Source: Podarcis melisellensis (lineage: Eukaryota). Taken from it: a DNA stretch of 64,000 nucleotides. Position numbers and translations under genes: made by a program. Location: NCBI GenBank assembly GCA_964234715.1, contig OZ174276.1, one strand, 5' to 3'. Each line of letters opens with the position of its first letter. The first letter of the stretch is position 1. The notes below the pieces were generated by a model, which saw nothing but the letters and a program-made list of their open reading frames with translations, made no database searches and was not told the origin of the DNA. Of the stretch, positions 50,401 to 64,000 are shown piece after piece.

Positions 50401-51411
50401 CCTAATTCAAGGACATGTACTTATCCTTTGTTTTGGTGTATGCGGCGACTAACTAGGTGGCCTAAATGAGAGCCCAAACAAATTTGAGAGCTGCTTCTTG
50501 TGGCAAAGTAGGCCTTACAGAGCAGATGCAGCAACCTAAACCTGGGCTCCTCAAAGTTTGTCATAAAGGAGCCTCCTTAAAATAACAAAGGGTGGATGCA
50601 GATGGCAGTCAACTTCAGAGCTGGAATTGTCACTGTAGTTTGGGGATGCATGGGCAGATAAAGGCAGGGAAAGGGAAGGTGTCAGTTGGGTATCAGTGCT
50701 TTAATGTCCCCAAAGAATGAGGTTTTTCGAAGCTAGAAGTCCACATCAATAACTGGCAGAGGTGGCAGCTCCTTTGACCTTTCGGATTAACAATAAAGAC
50801 ACGCAGCATCTGACTACTGCATAGACACCCAAGTTATACTGACGGATATGACAATACATCATGCTGGGCAAGATGAAACACAACTGAAAGGAATTGGTTA
50901 CTGGGCTGAGTGAGCAGATGTCCTATTTCTCAAACCTACCAGCTGCCCATATATTCTCTGGGAGGCCTCTCTCCCGTCTGAAAACTGTGAAACTATTGGT
51001 TAAATATAGCTACTAGAACAACATGGGGAAATTTGGTCTCAGCTCTTAATACTTTAGGGCAAGAGTATGGGGAGGGGAGGCAGATATTTTAATGCTGTAC
51101 ATGAAACTGTCATGAAACCACTAGATCAAAATGGGCCATGCCAAGAATCTAGGAGTGCCTGTTTTATGGAGTTGGGATATTTTGAAATATGATATAATAA
51201 TATGGGAAATCTGGCAACTCTAATTGTTCCTTGATACAACATTATTATAGTTGGAGAAAGAGACCAAAATCAGTTTGCCTGTTTAGGTTCCTCAAAACTA
51301 CAGCAACAAAAAACCCACCCCTCCCGGGACTGTCTTGGGAGATAAACAGAATGAAAAAACCTTACAAATGCCAAATTTCCAGAGGCGGGGTGGAGTCTGA
51401 GGCCCTTTATT

Positions 51412-51630
51412 CAGAGCCAATAGTGCAAAAAGAACAAAAAGCAGTAAAGCACCTTAAAGGGCAACAAATTTATTATAGTATAAGTTTTTGTGGACTACAG
51501 TCCACTTCATCAGATGCATTGACAGGATAACACTTCATGCACCTGAACTCAAAAGCTTATGCTATAATAAAGTTGTCACAAGACTTTGCTGATTTTGCTA
51601 AAGAAAACTAACATCCCTACTCCTCTGGAA
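51412..51630. mobile_element. Palindromic reptile repeat, probably Penelope-derived (related copy at about 44460-44630)
   Basis: gcaccttaaag..aacaaatttattatagtataagtttttgtggactacagtccacttcatcagatgca with the inverted counterpart aaaagcttatgctataataaa...cacaagact; family assignment from memory. Confidence 0.55.
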
Positions 51631-54600
51631 ATTGTTACAGTGGAACACACCACCACAGGCAGTTCATTTAGTCTTACAAAACTCAGGCAGAATTAAAACA
51701 AGGATTACAATTCATAGCCTGCATTTGGCTGGTGAACTTACGTGCTCTCATGCCAATAGAAAATGCAGCTACTAAGAAATCTAAGGGAGGTATCAGAATG
51801 CTCAGGGCGACCCCAAAGTTTGCAAAAGTACAAACAATATTTAAAAGTCCACAAATACCAAAATGGGGCAACCCCATGCCCCCAAACAGCTCAATGCAGA
51901 CTAAGCATGCTCCATGATCATCAGGAGCCATGAAACGACTGTCAATTGGAAAAGAAAAATGGAAAACCAAGAATGGAAGAGTGAGAAAAGAACTGGCTTG
52001 CTTGAGCCCTTAGCAGATTTTAGGAAGCTGGAGGAAGGCTGGCTGGCTGTTCCCCTCCCTCAACAGGAACGTTATTGTTAGATGTGTGAGAGAGAAAATA
52101 TATTGCAACGTTTTGTTGTAGGTCCCATTTATACATCTAATTTCTCAACATTTATAAAGACTACATTGCAAGAAGGAGATGGGTAATCCTGCATTTCTTG
52201 CTTGCTTCAAGTGCTATAGAGTTTTTGTTGCCTTTCCTGGTTGTTCATTTCCTGTAGAATACCACACCCAGAAAAAGGTTGCATCCTGAGCCCTACAGCA
52301 TTAGAACAGGCAACACATATCCTGGATATCCTTCCTTGCAGCAAAGCTTTTGGTAGAAATGCTAGGTTAGATGAGAAATGACAATCCCATGTTCACATTA
52401 TCACCGTGAGGTAGATCAGTAAGTATAATTGTACTGGATAATTTTCTGTGTAACTATAGGTCAGTATAATTTTGTCAAAAGTTTTTAAAAACCCCCACCA
52501 CCATTGTTATTTTCAATTTACAATAAAAACATTATATAACCTATGCATTCTTCATAAAAATAACGTAACAGGAATTATAACTCACCCCTTCTCACCTGGC
52601 AGGGATAGGGGGTGCCGCTTTGTGGTTTGCCTCAGGTTCCAAAATGTCTTGGGGCAGCCCTGCAGTAATGTGTACACAGGCAACCAAGATGTGACAGAAC
52701 AATATAGCACTGATATCATAAGAGGCAGCACTACAAGCTGCAGCCTTTAGGAAGCCTGATGGCTGTGTGGCTGAAGAATATAACCTGACCTTTCTAACAC
52801 CTGGCCTTCCCTTGAAATATGCAGCATTACTGGCACATTGCTAGATGTTATGAACAATATTTAGTGTTTAGGAAACAGTAGTGGGGAGGGGGGGTGCAGT
52901 GACACCTCTTCTTTCGAATATGTTTGCCATATGTGGAAGTCCTTGAAGTAAAATCAAAAGACATAAGGAGACAAGGAGAGAGAACAGAAACCAGGCCTTG
53001 GCAAGCTGCCAGCTGCGTAGCGCCCTCTAGGACTTTGCTCAGGGAACAGCATCCGTTCCTTGGGTCCTCCTGGCTGTTTATCTGTCTGCCTTTCTCTCCA
53101 GCCCTCTCCAGGAAACTCTATCTCATCATTCCCCTTACTTTGCTTCAGCTTGACTTCCTGAGATCTCTTGCCAGGTTTACCCTTCATCTTCCTCCACACC
53201 TCCCCCACACCATAACTGCTAGGCCGTGTTTGCATTTCTCTCCCTGTCAGCTTTCCTTTCTCTCCCCCCTGCCCCACCGCAGTGCCCTTTCCCTCCCCTG
53301 CTCCATCCTCTCAGAGAGGAGATGTCCTGGGCCAAAGTTAGCCTGTCAGGTAGCCACATGTCCGGCCCAGAGCCACTAGGTCAGCCAGGGCCACCCTGCA
53401 GACCTCCTCTCGGATCTGGGCTGTCAGCAGCCTTTCTATCCCTCTGCTGAGCTCCATATGTGCTGCTTTTATGTTAGAGGGGCAGGGTGCTCTTTGCACA
53501 TCTGACAGCACGTGTTTCCTTTTGGATCTGGCATGCCAACAACTGATGGCAAGGGGGCTAGCCATCTCTTTCTCTAGGACTGCCAGTTCTCTTTAGTTAC
53601 ATTCACCCCATGCTTTCAAAGCACTCATTGCACCACACATGGAGAATCCTGGGAGCTGGTGCTGGGAACTGTAGGCCTGTGAGCTCAGTGCCTTTACCAA
53701 ACTACAGGATTCTTTGTGGAAAACCATTACCATTAAAGCTGAATAAGTACTTTAAATGTAGGTGTGACCTTTTTCTAAAATCAGTGTTCCCATGACTTCT
53801 TTTAACAGCTGCCTGACAGAGAAACCTAATAGGAGATACTTCATATCATCTCCATATTGGGAAACACTTCATCTGTTGAATTTGTTCACATCACAAAGGT
53901 GTGAAAAATGCTCGAGCACTTGCAGAGAGGTGAGGAGGTGCCATCCCTGGTTTGGTCCTTGATTACTTTCATTACTTTGGAGTTACTGGCTAAATTTATA
54001 GCCTTTGAAACAGACCATTTCCCCCCAATGTGCAAACATTATTCCCTATTTAGGTTTATAAATACATTACAGTTTTCTTGAATTCTCTGGTGGAGAGATG
54101 AGCTATAATCATAGCAGTATAGAGAGCAGGAAATGGATGGAAAATGCTTTGATCATATAATTAATTCTTAAAGGAATGCATATCTAATATTTTATTCTGA
54201 AGCCTCTCAGGATTGAAGTATTTCAGTTACCTCCCCCTTTAATAAAACAATTAAATAGTGCAACCTTTGCAGAGTACAAATCCTGATGATTACAAGTTCA
54301 AAGAGACAGTCAATGAATCTGCACAGATACCTCAGGCATCTTAGAACTACCGGTACTAATAATCACAGGCAGGCATGAAATTCATTTTTTCCCTCAAACA
54401 AAAAAGATGTCCATTGAAATGCCATGCTATGGCTTTCTCAACAGGCTACTTGTGTTCAGATCAATCATATTTTCATAGTTAGAACTTCAAGTTGAAAATA
54501 TTTTTTTATAAATGGTTTGCAGGCCATCATAAATTGCCAATATTTTTTTTTTAAAAAAAATCTAATTCTACTGATTGTTGTTTTCCTATTTAAAATTGTT

Positions 54601-57600
54601 TCCATACACAATAACTCAAACCCCAGAGGTACTCACAAGTAGAATACAATAGCAGATAAATGTTTATATATGCTAATGACTCAATTAAGGAACGTAATTA
54701 CTAACAAAGATGTTGTACTTAATAACTGAGTGTGCTTGAAAGGGGTTGAAAATCAGATGAACTAGCTGGTCTCATTCATTCAAGATGTAGCAGAAAGGTA
54801 TAGGGAAATCCACAACAATGTGGTCTCCAAAAACTCTATAATCTGCTGTCTTGATGAATTAATTGGACACATGGTTTGGATATAACACTATACCACAGTT
54901 TAGTGTTATAAAAATGGGCCTAGTCTCCCCCTGGGCCCATGTACCCCCTACTGAAGCTGCAAGGAGGAATTCAGAAACTTTCATTTCTAGCAATCTGTTG
55001 TATCAGCGATGGAGCTGAATCTTTTTCTCAAAGCTTGGTGGTTTGTATTCTAAAGCGGATGATACAGTATCTCTTCTCTTAAAACTTTATAAAACTGTAA
55101 ATGTAGTGCAAGCAGGAACTTTAGCCACCGATTTTTAATCAAACTTGTCAGTGCTAACACATATTTTTGCACTTGGGCAGGTAGCATAGAGCTTGCACAA
55201 GACCACATTTATTTATGATTCCTTTTATCTGCTCTTGCAATAAAACATGTTTTCATTGGGATTGGGGAAGGGGTTAGTGAGAGGTCAATGCTCTAAGCAA
55301 TCTTTCCAATTCATAGCAATACTAGCTAAACAGCAGCTAAGCCAGAGTCTCCAGTCTATTACAAAGAAAGTATTACATTTCTCTTCCAGCCCCCAAAATT
55401 AAAAGAATATATTCCAATGCTAGCTAATTTCAAGCCATCTCCTACGGATACATTCTTTGAAATGCCACCCAGGTCTTGTTATTGCTGTTGAGGACAGAGA
55501 GCTGGGGATTCAGTCGGCATTAGATTTTATTTGTCTAACCAGCTGGGGGTGAGGAGGGGGCTGTAAATACTGGGAAATGCCAAGCCCTGGGAGCACAGTC
55601 CTTGTCTGACTCTGCCACTGAACTGCAAAGTCAGGAGCAAGCAGAATGCCAAAGCTACATATCTGCATGAGGCAGTGGATGCTCATTCTTCGAGAATGAG
55701 GAAGGCACAAGGAAAGGTACTAACTTTAAAACACACACACAAACGCGTTTTCCTCCCAAATATATTTTTGACAATACTTTGAGCAAAGCACCTCTTTCAA
55801 ATATTGTACCATCTTTACGCTCACTCCTTTTGGTAAGTCTTAACCCTGCTTCCTTCATTTGTATTCTTATCTCAAGGATATTTTACCTGAAATATTAATA
55901 CATTATGCAGAAACAGAGCCAACTCAGGACATTTTGCTGCCCAAAGGTGGAGCAATAAATGGACACACACACACACACACAAATCAATGTGCATAGTATC
56001 CAAAGCCAACCAAGTTATTGCGTATCTGAGACAGAAAATCTCAAAAGCAAGTCTCCCCTGGCAGTAAAAATAGAATAACAAACTAAACAGAGAGAAGGCA
56101 GGCTGGGGTTAGGTGTAAGGGGATGGGTTTAGTGCCAGGTGTAAGATGAGAGGGGTTGAAAAGGGGAAGTGGTCAGGCAGGGGTTGGTGAGAAACCTAAA
56201 CAGTGGTGCAGTCCCTAGTATACAGGCAATCCTCGGTTTTGTGCAGGGGGTTATATCCCAGATCCTCCCATGTGTTGGCAGAGCACACATAAGCCTGCTC
56301 CGCCCCTACCCCATTCTGCCCCATATTGTGATGTCTTTATGACATTTTAGGGTATTTCCAGGTTCGGTGCTGTGCGTGTGTACATGTCGTTTGGGCGCAC
56401 ATAAATCTGTTGTTGCCTGTATAAATAAAAATATAAAGGCTGATCCAACCGATAAAATAAATATCATTTTATTAGGGGCCAGGGAACTGTTTAGGGGATT
56501 TTGTTGCGGGGGGTTGCTGCTGTTGTTGATGTTAGTTTTTTATATCTTTATACTGGATCTTATGATTTATGTGGAAATTGTTCAGTTTGGTTGTGTACTT
56601 TTTGATGTTTTGTTTATTGTTTATAACTACTTTTCTTATGTTTGTAGTTATGCATTTTTTATATGTTGCTTTGAGCATAGTTTTAACTATGGAAAGATGG
56701 CATGCAAATAAAATGATTGATTGATCAGAAAATCAAATTACAAGGGCTGAAACATTTGGTTCTCAAATCGCATATGTACTTGAATTGTACATTTTATAAT
56801 TTGCAATATAGACATGTGGAGGAAGGACAACTAAATCCTTGTATACTTTGGCCCTAATACAGTCAGGCTTATTAGGCTTAGCCATGGCTAAACTTAACCC
56901 ACTTATTTCAACAGGACTAAAGTACAACTATTTCCTCCTCTAGATTTAGGGCCTATATTCCACAAGAGCCTTGGCTGTCCACATCATCTCAGTTTTACCT
57001 GTGGAAACAGTGCAATTTCAACTTACTAAAGTGCAATTTCTGAAAACTTCTGGTTTGCCAAACGTTTTACATACCCTAGGCCCTTGCAGTGATTCCTGGA
57101 ATTTTTATTCTCAATTTCAATCAGCCAACAGTCCCTCAGACGTCATTGAGTGCAGAACAAGAAATTTAGGATATAGCCTAGTAATAAAAACTTCCTTCCT
57201 TCTTTCTGTGGAACACTCTGCAGGGCATTGCTATGTTCCTTTCTGCTCTGTCTACAACTCTTGAGACTAGACCCATCAGCTATTCTGGTTGATCACCCTT
57301 ATTCCTTCCTGCAGTTGCTGCTAGCGTGGAAATGAGGTACGATTTAAAACTGCAAGGAAAACAGAACAACCAGCAAGCTGGAGCAAATATGGTTACTCTT
57401 TGGAATAGGCAGTAGGCTCTTCCAAAATACGTAGGCTATGTACATATTAGTGACTTAAAACACAATGAGACATGCCCGCCTGCTGCATTTCAAGTTGCAT
57501 TTGCCTGGCAAGGATATCTTCATCCAATGCACATTTTCCCTCGCCTGCAATTCCCTCGTGAAGCTGTCATCTGCACATGCACAATGGTTGTCTCAAAGGT

Positions 57601-60600
57601 ACACACCTCAGCTTAACTGGGAAGTGAATGTGGCTTATGTTTTCAAATCATATGGCAACTGGTTTGAGGGAAAACACATCAAGCATCAAGAACTACACGA
57701 TAGATATGGATTGTGGCTAATGTCAGGTGTACCTCCAGAATGAGAGCACACTGGAGCCAGGGTAATGTGTGCACAGCCATTGTTGGAAATAACAATCACT
57801 TATTTCCATGTTCCCTTTTAGAGGTTTATTGAAGCAACTCAAACAATCCTGTGCACTGTTAATACATAAAGTCGGGGTATATGTACAATTTAACTCAGCA
57901 AGCAAAGTCAACAGTGATGCTGCAGCGGGTATTTACAGAGGAGAATCAGAGGCTGGAAGTGCTTAGCCTTTCCCTACAACCATTCTCCTGGACTTGTTGC
58001 TTGACTGATGGGCTAATGAATGGCTTTGGAGCCACCTGGGCAAAGCAGGGAGCTGGGAGAGAAAGAGAGGGGTGGGGAACTGGTGGGAGAGAAGGGTTAT
58101 GGGGGACATTGGTGAGCTGAAAATGTTTAAGCACTCACTCTTGCCCAGTAACACTCCCTTGCTAATGCCCTGCCTATCCATTCATTAACAGTATTAGGCA
58201 AACTGGGAACCTGTGTTTGCCTACTAATGTGCAGTTTACAATTCTGCAGCCAGAAAAACCAACATTTGGTGAACAACATGAGTTATGCTAATTGGATATG
58301 TTTGCAAAATTGCATGCCCCATCTTGTCCTGTTTTAAATCCAGAGTAACTTTGCCCTCTTCAGTGAAGTGGAAATTGGAGCACGTTTCCTATCTCTTATT
58401 TCAAGCAGCCTTTCTTGGATTATTATTTTTAATGTATCAGTCACCACATGGAAAATTAAACCACAGATACAGAAATGCTTAAGCTTCAAGTCAAAGTTGG
58501 GCAAACACTGGTGATCATTAGGATGTCCACAATGAATTTCACCATAGCTACCCCCCAAATCATCAGTGCTTGCCTAGCTCTGACCTGCAGTTTAAGCTGT
58601 TCTATGCTGAAGGTTTCATTCTCCAAATGGAGATTGATACATGGGGTAAAGGAATAGCTAAGAGTGCATATGGTGACCATTCTCATGGAGCATGTTGCTC
58701 CATGAAAAAATGGCAGAAGTCAATACAAATATAGTGGAGTTGCTTTTATTGGAAATATATTTACTTCAGCAGTTCTAATACGGGTTTGTTTTGTATGTAA
58801 CTGCAAACGTAGACTCTAGTACACAGATCATATCAAAGCACCATGTATGGTGAAAATACACGTCCGAATGTTTTGTTCATGCTGCTTGTACAGAGATTCC
58901 TTCTTGACTGCCTCTCACTTCTGACAAGCCCTGCGTCACCATGTACCATGCCATTGTTATTGCTGGCCTTGCTGACACATTGTCACCATAAGTCAGTGGA
59001 AAACTCTGCCCGGGCCTGGACTCCAGCCAGAAGGCTCTACTCCAGGATCCCCCTTTCCCCTCTCCCCATGAACTCCTCCCTGAGTCAGCTGGCTCAACCG
59101 CCCACAGAAAGGGGGGAAAAACACCTCCTTGAAAGACGTCATCATTTCATTGTTGGATTATTTTCAGACTAGAAATGCAGCGTGATTTGTGTACAAGTAA
59201 GTGAGCAGATCAACACACTGAAGTGCAGATACTTTCTCCCCCTGGAAAATGTATATTAAATGGCCAGTGTCAATCATGCCTGAGTTGGCCAGGAATGCTG
59301 TTCTCCTCCCCCATATCACCAAAATGAAAACTGACCCATTGCCTACCTAGACACCCATCATAAAGGGGTCCCTGAACTGTTATCAGGCTATGACAGTTTC
59401 CGCCATCAGATTCCTCCTGCCCATCAGGAAAGCTAAATAAGGACCGCAGTTCAGGCGGCTGCAGGAAGAGGGGAAATGCAGGACATCCGGCCCAGCTGCC
59501 AATTTTTCCTTTCCCATGAACCACTGCTGACCTCCGCCAGCAAAGGCTTGGACATCATGCCTGGCATCATAGCTAAGCATCTTCACTTAACTCTTTGCAG
59601 GCTACCTGTTAAAAGCCAGGGACCTGCAGATACCTGGATTAATCATAGTGCGTGACTCAGTTTTACATAAAGTTCAGAGAGCATAATATTGGCACAGTTT
59701 GATCTCTATAATGTATCACCCAACTTCAGTTCAGTGCATGCCTGTCTCAGCAGTGTATAAATTTAACCCATTTGTAACAGCAAACAGTTGACTATGTACC
59801 TCTATTAAGTTCATGCCAGGAAGTTAAGCATATGCATGTCTTGAAAGCATTCAGTGATTATTTTATCTCCTTATAGACAGGTTTACAGTTGCTTGTCTAT
59901 GTAACAACTATACTCACACACTTCCAGTATGCTGAACAGGTTATTTCCTATTATGAAGCCATTAACAGAATAAACTGACATCTGGCGAACTCTAGGTTTA
60001 CTACTATGAAAAGGTAATCCCTGTATCCTTTAGAAACTTCCTAATGTCTAACGATAAATTTGAGAAGGTCCACTCTCTTTTCTGTGAATAACATATTGGG
60101 TTATTATTTTTTCCTGTCTGATCAGATAACTTGGGGTTTTTTAGGGAAGAAAGGGGGATAAATCTTTGCTGTAAATTCATAACACAGATGGAGAGAAGTA
60201 AAGAGGCATTATTTATATAGGAGGAGTAACTGTGGAAAAACAATACTGTTTAAAATACTGGAAATAGTCAGAAGGGCAAGTGAATGACTGCAGTTGCAGA
60301 ATGTGAGGGGGGCAGATTCAATAAGTTAATTCTCCAGGTTCTGCCCTTTTTGCATTACACAACTTTGCATTCTTTCTTGTCTCTCCAGTGGCTGGTGATT
60401 CATGATATCCTTCTGCTTTTGCAGCAATATTATCTTTGTCTCTTTTTTATGAAGGGCATCAATGGACTGCAGCACAATAACTGGAATTCCATTTGGACAC
60501 TTGCTAGCTTGTTTTGGATTTTCCATCATCTCTTGGTTTGGCCTCACTGCCAAGTAGCCACAACTGTGCTGAGCTGGCTTTGAATGTCTTAGTCAAGTGT

Positions 60601-60905
60601 AACATGAGAAGGCTATTGCAAGAAGAAGAAGAAAACTAAAAGGACTGAGGAATTATAAGGTGGGACGGTGGACTGGAAATCTCCCTTTGTAAGCTGTCTG
60701 CACTCACAATAGGAGCATAGGAACCTGCCTTATACCGAGTCAGGCCATTACAGCCTACACTGTATTGTCTACACTGACTAATAATGGCTCTCCAGAGTTT
60801 CTGACTTTTCTGACTTTTAACAACCCTACTGGCAAAGTGTGGGGGGACCTTCTGGATGCAAAGCATGTGAGTATATGTAGACTTATTTTTGTGAGGGGGT
60901 AGAAC

Positions 60906-61386
60906 CAGGGGTGTAGCAAGGGGGTGCAGTAGGCACGGTCTACCCCAGGTGTCCCCACTGAGGGGGGTGACAAAATGGCGGGGAGCACTCACTACAGGGC
61001 CTGCAGCGTGTTTTGGGCACTCACAGGCTCCACGATGTCTGCCCGCTGCCTCCCCCCCCCCCCAGCTATAGGGTGGCTGAGGCCCTGGCCCTCGTGGTGC
61101 ATCCCATCCCTATGGGCGCCCCACACCCTGTCCTGTTCCTCCCTAAGGGCACCTCATGCCCTATCCTGTCCCTGTGGGCGCTGCGCGCCCCATCCCATCC
61201 CTCCCTAAGGGCACTGTGCTCTCCGCCCTGTCCCCCCCCATGGGTGCCGTGCACCCTGTTCCTCCCTATGGGCGCTGTGCACCCCGTCCCTATGGGTTCC
61301 ACATGCCCCGTGCCGTCCCTATGGGCGGTTTGCCTGCCCCTATGGGCGCACCGCCCCAGGTGCCCGAGAGGCTTCCTCTGCCGCTC
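60906..61386. mobile_element. hAT-like non-autonomous element with an internal GC-rich minisatellite
   Basis: Left end CAGGGGTGTAGC; about 10 units of CCCTA(T/A)GGGC(G/A) spaced 20-40 bp at 61108-61350; degenerate right end ctctgccgctc. Confidence 0.6.
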
Positions 61387-63781
61387 AATAGAGCCAGGCT
61401 TAGAACACAAAGCCAGCCTAGGCACTGAGCCTGGCTGTGTCCTTTTAATGACGAGGCACTTTGGAGGAGCAATGATACCACTGCAATTCATTAAGCACCA
61501 TTACAGTTTTGACCTTAGGAGAAATCCACCAACGGGACTAACACAACCCACCTCATTAGCAGCTTGAAATAAGAAACAAAGCTTTAAGATAGCCAGAGGC
61601 AATAAAAATCCTGGGATTAATTTAAACAGTCACTGGATATCAGAGCAGCTGCAGAAGTATTTCTATGCCCACAGAGGAGAAATTATGATCGCGCTGCAAT
61701 CCATCGGAATGCCTAGCACCAAGTCCCAGGCTACAAGGAGCAGGGGGTATCTGTTTAACACATTGTGTCAAGCGTCGTCCTTGCAGCAGGTGCTGCGGCA
61801 ATTGGGGATCTATCGGGGAAAAGTGCGGCAATAATATATTCCATATGCCCTCTGCAATCATGTCAGCATGCTCCACTACGTCTGCTACAAGGATTTGTCT
61901 GCCTCCCTCAGCTACATTCCTGGAAGCGGTAGGTTTGAGTTTTACTTGGCCTCATGCCAAAAGGATGCTTTTAGCACTCTCACTGTAAATGGAGACTTGA
62001 TCCATGGAGCCAGGCGAGTCAGTATGATCTGCAGTCCAGCTATGTACTACAGGCCAAAGAAATTGGTGCACCCTTAACCAAGTGGCTGGATCGGCCTGAG
62101 GAGAACAGACTGTGCATGTTTATTTACAACTTATCATACAAAATAAGATGGCAACAAAGAATGGGCCTTGTCCCATGCTGGTAGGCATTGGCATAGCGTG
62201 GGTTGCCAGTGCCCAGGGCCTGACAAGGGAGGGAAAAGGACAGAGTACGCATGCACATTCCTAATGACACCATGGCACCCAGGAGATCACAGCCGCAGAG
62301 ATTAAGAAAAGAGAAATAATTCCGCTGCCTGGAGAGGACACTTCCTGGTTTGCATGGAGAAGTCATTTTCAACAGAACTCACCAATGGAAGCATGCACTG
62401 CATTGAGGCAGTACCGGGTGTTGAAATGTTGCACCCCTAAGAATTTTGCACCTGGGGCAACCACCCCTGTGATTCCCCGCCCCCACTACTGCCAGGGGCT
62501 GATGAGATCTGTAGTCCAACAACATCCAAAAGGCCACAGTTTAGACATCCCTATTATAAAGAGCCCAAATACAGGAGTCTGTAAACCTGCTCACCCAAAC
62601 CACAAGACTTAACATTTCTTAACATTATGTGTGATGATTACCCCGCCACACACAATTCTTCCAGGGAATATGTATGGATCTCCTCATCTCTCCTGCTTTA
62701 TCCTCTCGATAACCCAGTGAGATAGGACAGGCTGACAAAGTGACCGGCTAAAATCACCTACCCCACCCCTGAACTATGGTGCAATACTGTCTGGATGTAA
62801 AAGGAAATATTTACAGATCAAAGCTAAGTATGCCAATAGTGGCACTTGATCATAAGACATTCATGATAGCATAAGAGACAGATAGAGAGTGTTAAAGCTA
62901 CTATAAAAAACTGTGTGCCATTGAAACTAATGTACTCCAAAGTCACCAGGTGAGCTTCATGGCTGAACCTGGGTTTGAACATCACCACCATCGGTTTTCT
63001 GAACACATTCAAGCCCCTATGCCAGATTTATCTCACACCTGTTTATTCTTCATTTCTTTCTAGCTATTCATTTAGGAAAGGTAGTGTTCTCAATCCACAC
63101 TGCCCTCCTGCCTCACAGAAACTCTGATCCTTATGAAGGGAGCATTATATCAACTCAGTTCTCTTTGTATCAGGACATGAAAAACCAAGCATGTGCGCTG
63201 CTTGTGTGCACTCCACCCCGGAGGCAGCAACTCAGTGTGTATTAGCCTTGTTCAGGTTAGTAGGAGAAAGGTAACATCACCCACAAATAATTCATCACAA
63301 TGTCCAATTCCAGCTGCAAAGCACTATGCCTTAAAAGCACCTTTGCTGAGCAGCAGCTGTCTGGACTTGCAATGAGCATGGTGCTGCATTCTATACCTCT
63401 CTGATGCTTAAGACCCTGCTTTTAAATCACTTTTTTGTGTGGAATAAACAATACACCACAACAGTGATGAATCATGGAGCTGTGATTATAGAAAATGGTC
63501 TTATGCTGCAAAAATTGATCTTACCGCTTGCAAAGCTTCCTGCACTATGACTTTTTCTGTGGTCTCTCTGGTTCCTTATAGCCTCCCACCTGAACGCTAG
63601 CAAATCATGTGTCATAGTCCTCCTCCACGGAAACATTTTCTGCATCTCAGCAAATGTTACCTGCAGCTTTATTTTATTAGTAGCTCCGACATGCAGGCAG
63701 ACAACCTCCCTACTCCCACGTCTGACAGGCGTCTCATGCAGTCTCAGCCAGTATAGATCTACTCAGAAGGAAAGTCCCACT

Positions 63782-63964
63782 CAGGGGTGCTAACTTGAAT
63801 GAAATATTGGGGGGGGGGTAAGCCCCACCCCACATAATCAATAGCAAGAAGCAGTGTGCACACACCATTTGAATGGCAATGTCGATCAATGGGAAGGGGG
63901 GCTCCAGTATTTTATTGGGGGAGGGTGAAGGGAGGACCTCAGTCCCTAGGAGTTGGCTCCTATG
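63782..63964. mobile_element. hAT MITE, 183 bp
   Basis: Imperfect TIR CAGGGGTGCTAACT / AGTTGGCTCCTATG; perfect 8-bp TSD GTCCCACT at 63774-63781 and 63965-63972. Confidence 0.88.
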
Positions 63965-64000
63965 GTCCCACTTTGTTCACTTTGGGACTGCAGCCCTAGT

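Noticed and set aside
51375-51480. GC box plus CCAAT plus AT-rich tract resembling a plus-strand promoter
   Set aside because: The CCAAT and AT-rich parts fall at the edge of or within a palindromic repeat, and there is no CpG island.
61013-61567. Longest ORFs in the track (184 and 141 aa, Pro/Gly-rich); possible CpG-island exon 1
   Set aside because: They are a by-product of a stop-poor GC minisatellite inside a transposon-like element; no signal peptide or suitable donor.
1-64000. A novel multi-gene system or nested gene
   Set aside because: All coding signal I can support belongs to FLT4 or to decayed LINE ORF2 pieces. The remaining ORFs are short and lack motifs or exon structure.

Overview
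Vertebrate genomic DNA, almost certainly a squamate reptile: it carries a Sauria-type SINE, a BovB tail and CR1/L2/hAT/Tigger/Harbinger-type repeats, and looks lacertid-like (inference). The window holds part of FLT4 (VEGFR3) on the minus strand. Twelve coding exons equivalent to human exons 2-13 lie between 35599 and 25 and encode the signal-peptide end and Ig-like domains 1-6. All have GT-AG junctions and consistent phases, and they splice into one open frame. Exon 1 was not found, so intron 1 is probably longer than 28 kb and runs past 64000. Exons for Ig7, the TM segment and the kinase lie before position 1. Most ORF-track entries are spurious or are exons running into introns. There is a 146-nt assembly gap at 3463-3608. 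I see no evidence of a new multi-gene system. The most interesting signals are regulatory or splicing hypotheses: (1) a tandem NAG acceptor run at exon 11 that would toggle an N-glycosylation sequon beside the Ig5 cleavage loop; (2) a possible poison exon built from a BovB tail nested in a Harbinger-type MITE just upstream of exon 2; (3) FOX:ETS motif clusters in introns 10 and 11 and other enhancer-like blocks in intron 1; (4) a short TSD-flanked retro-insertion that adds a sense AATAAA to intron 3.
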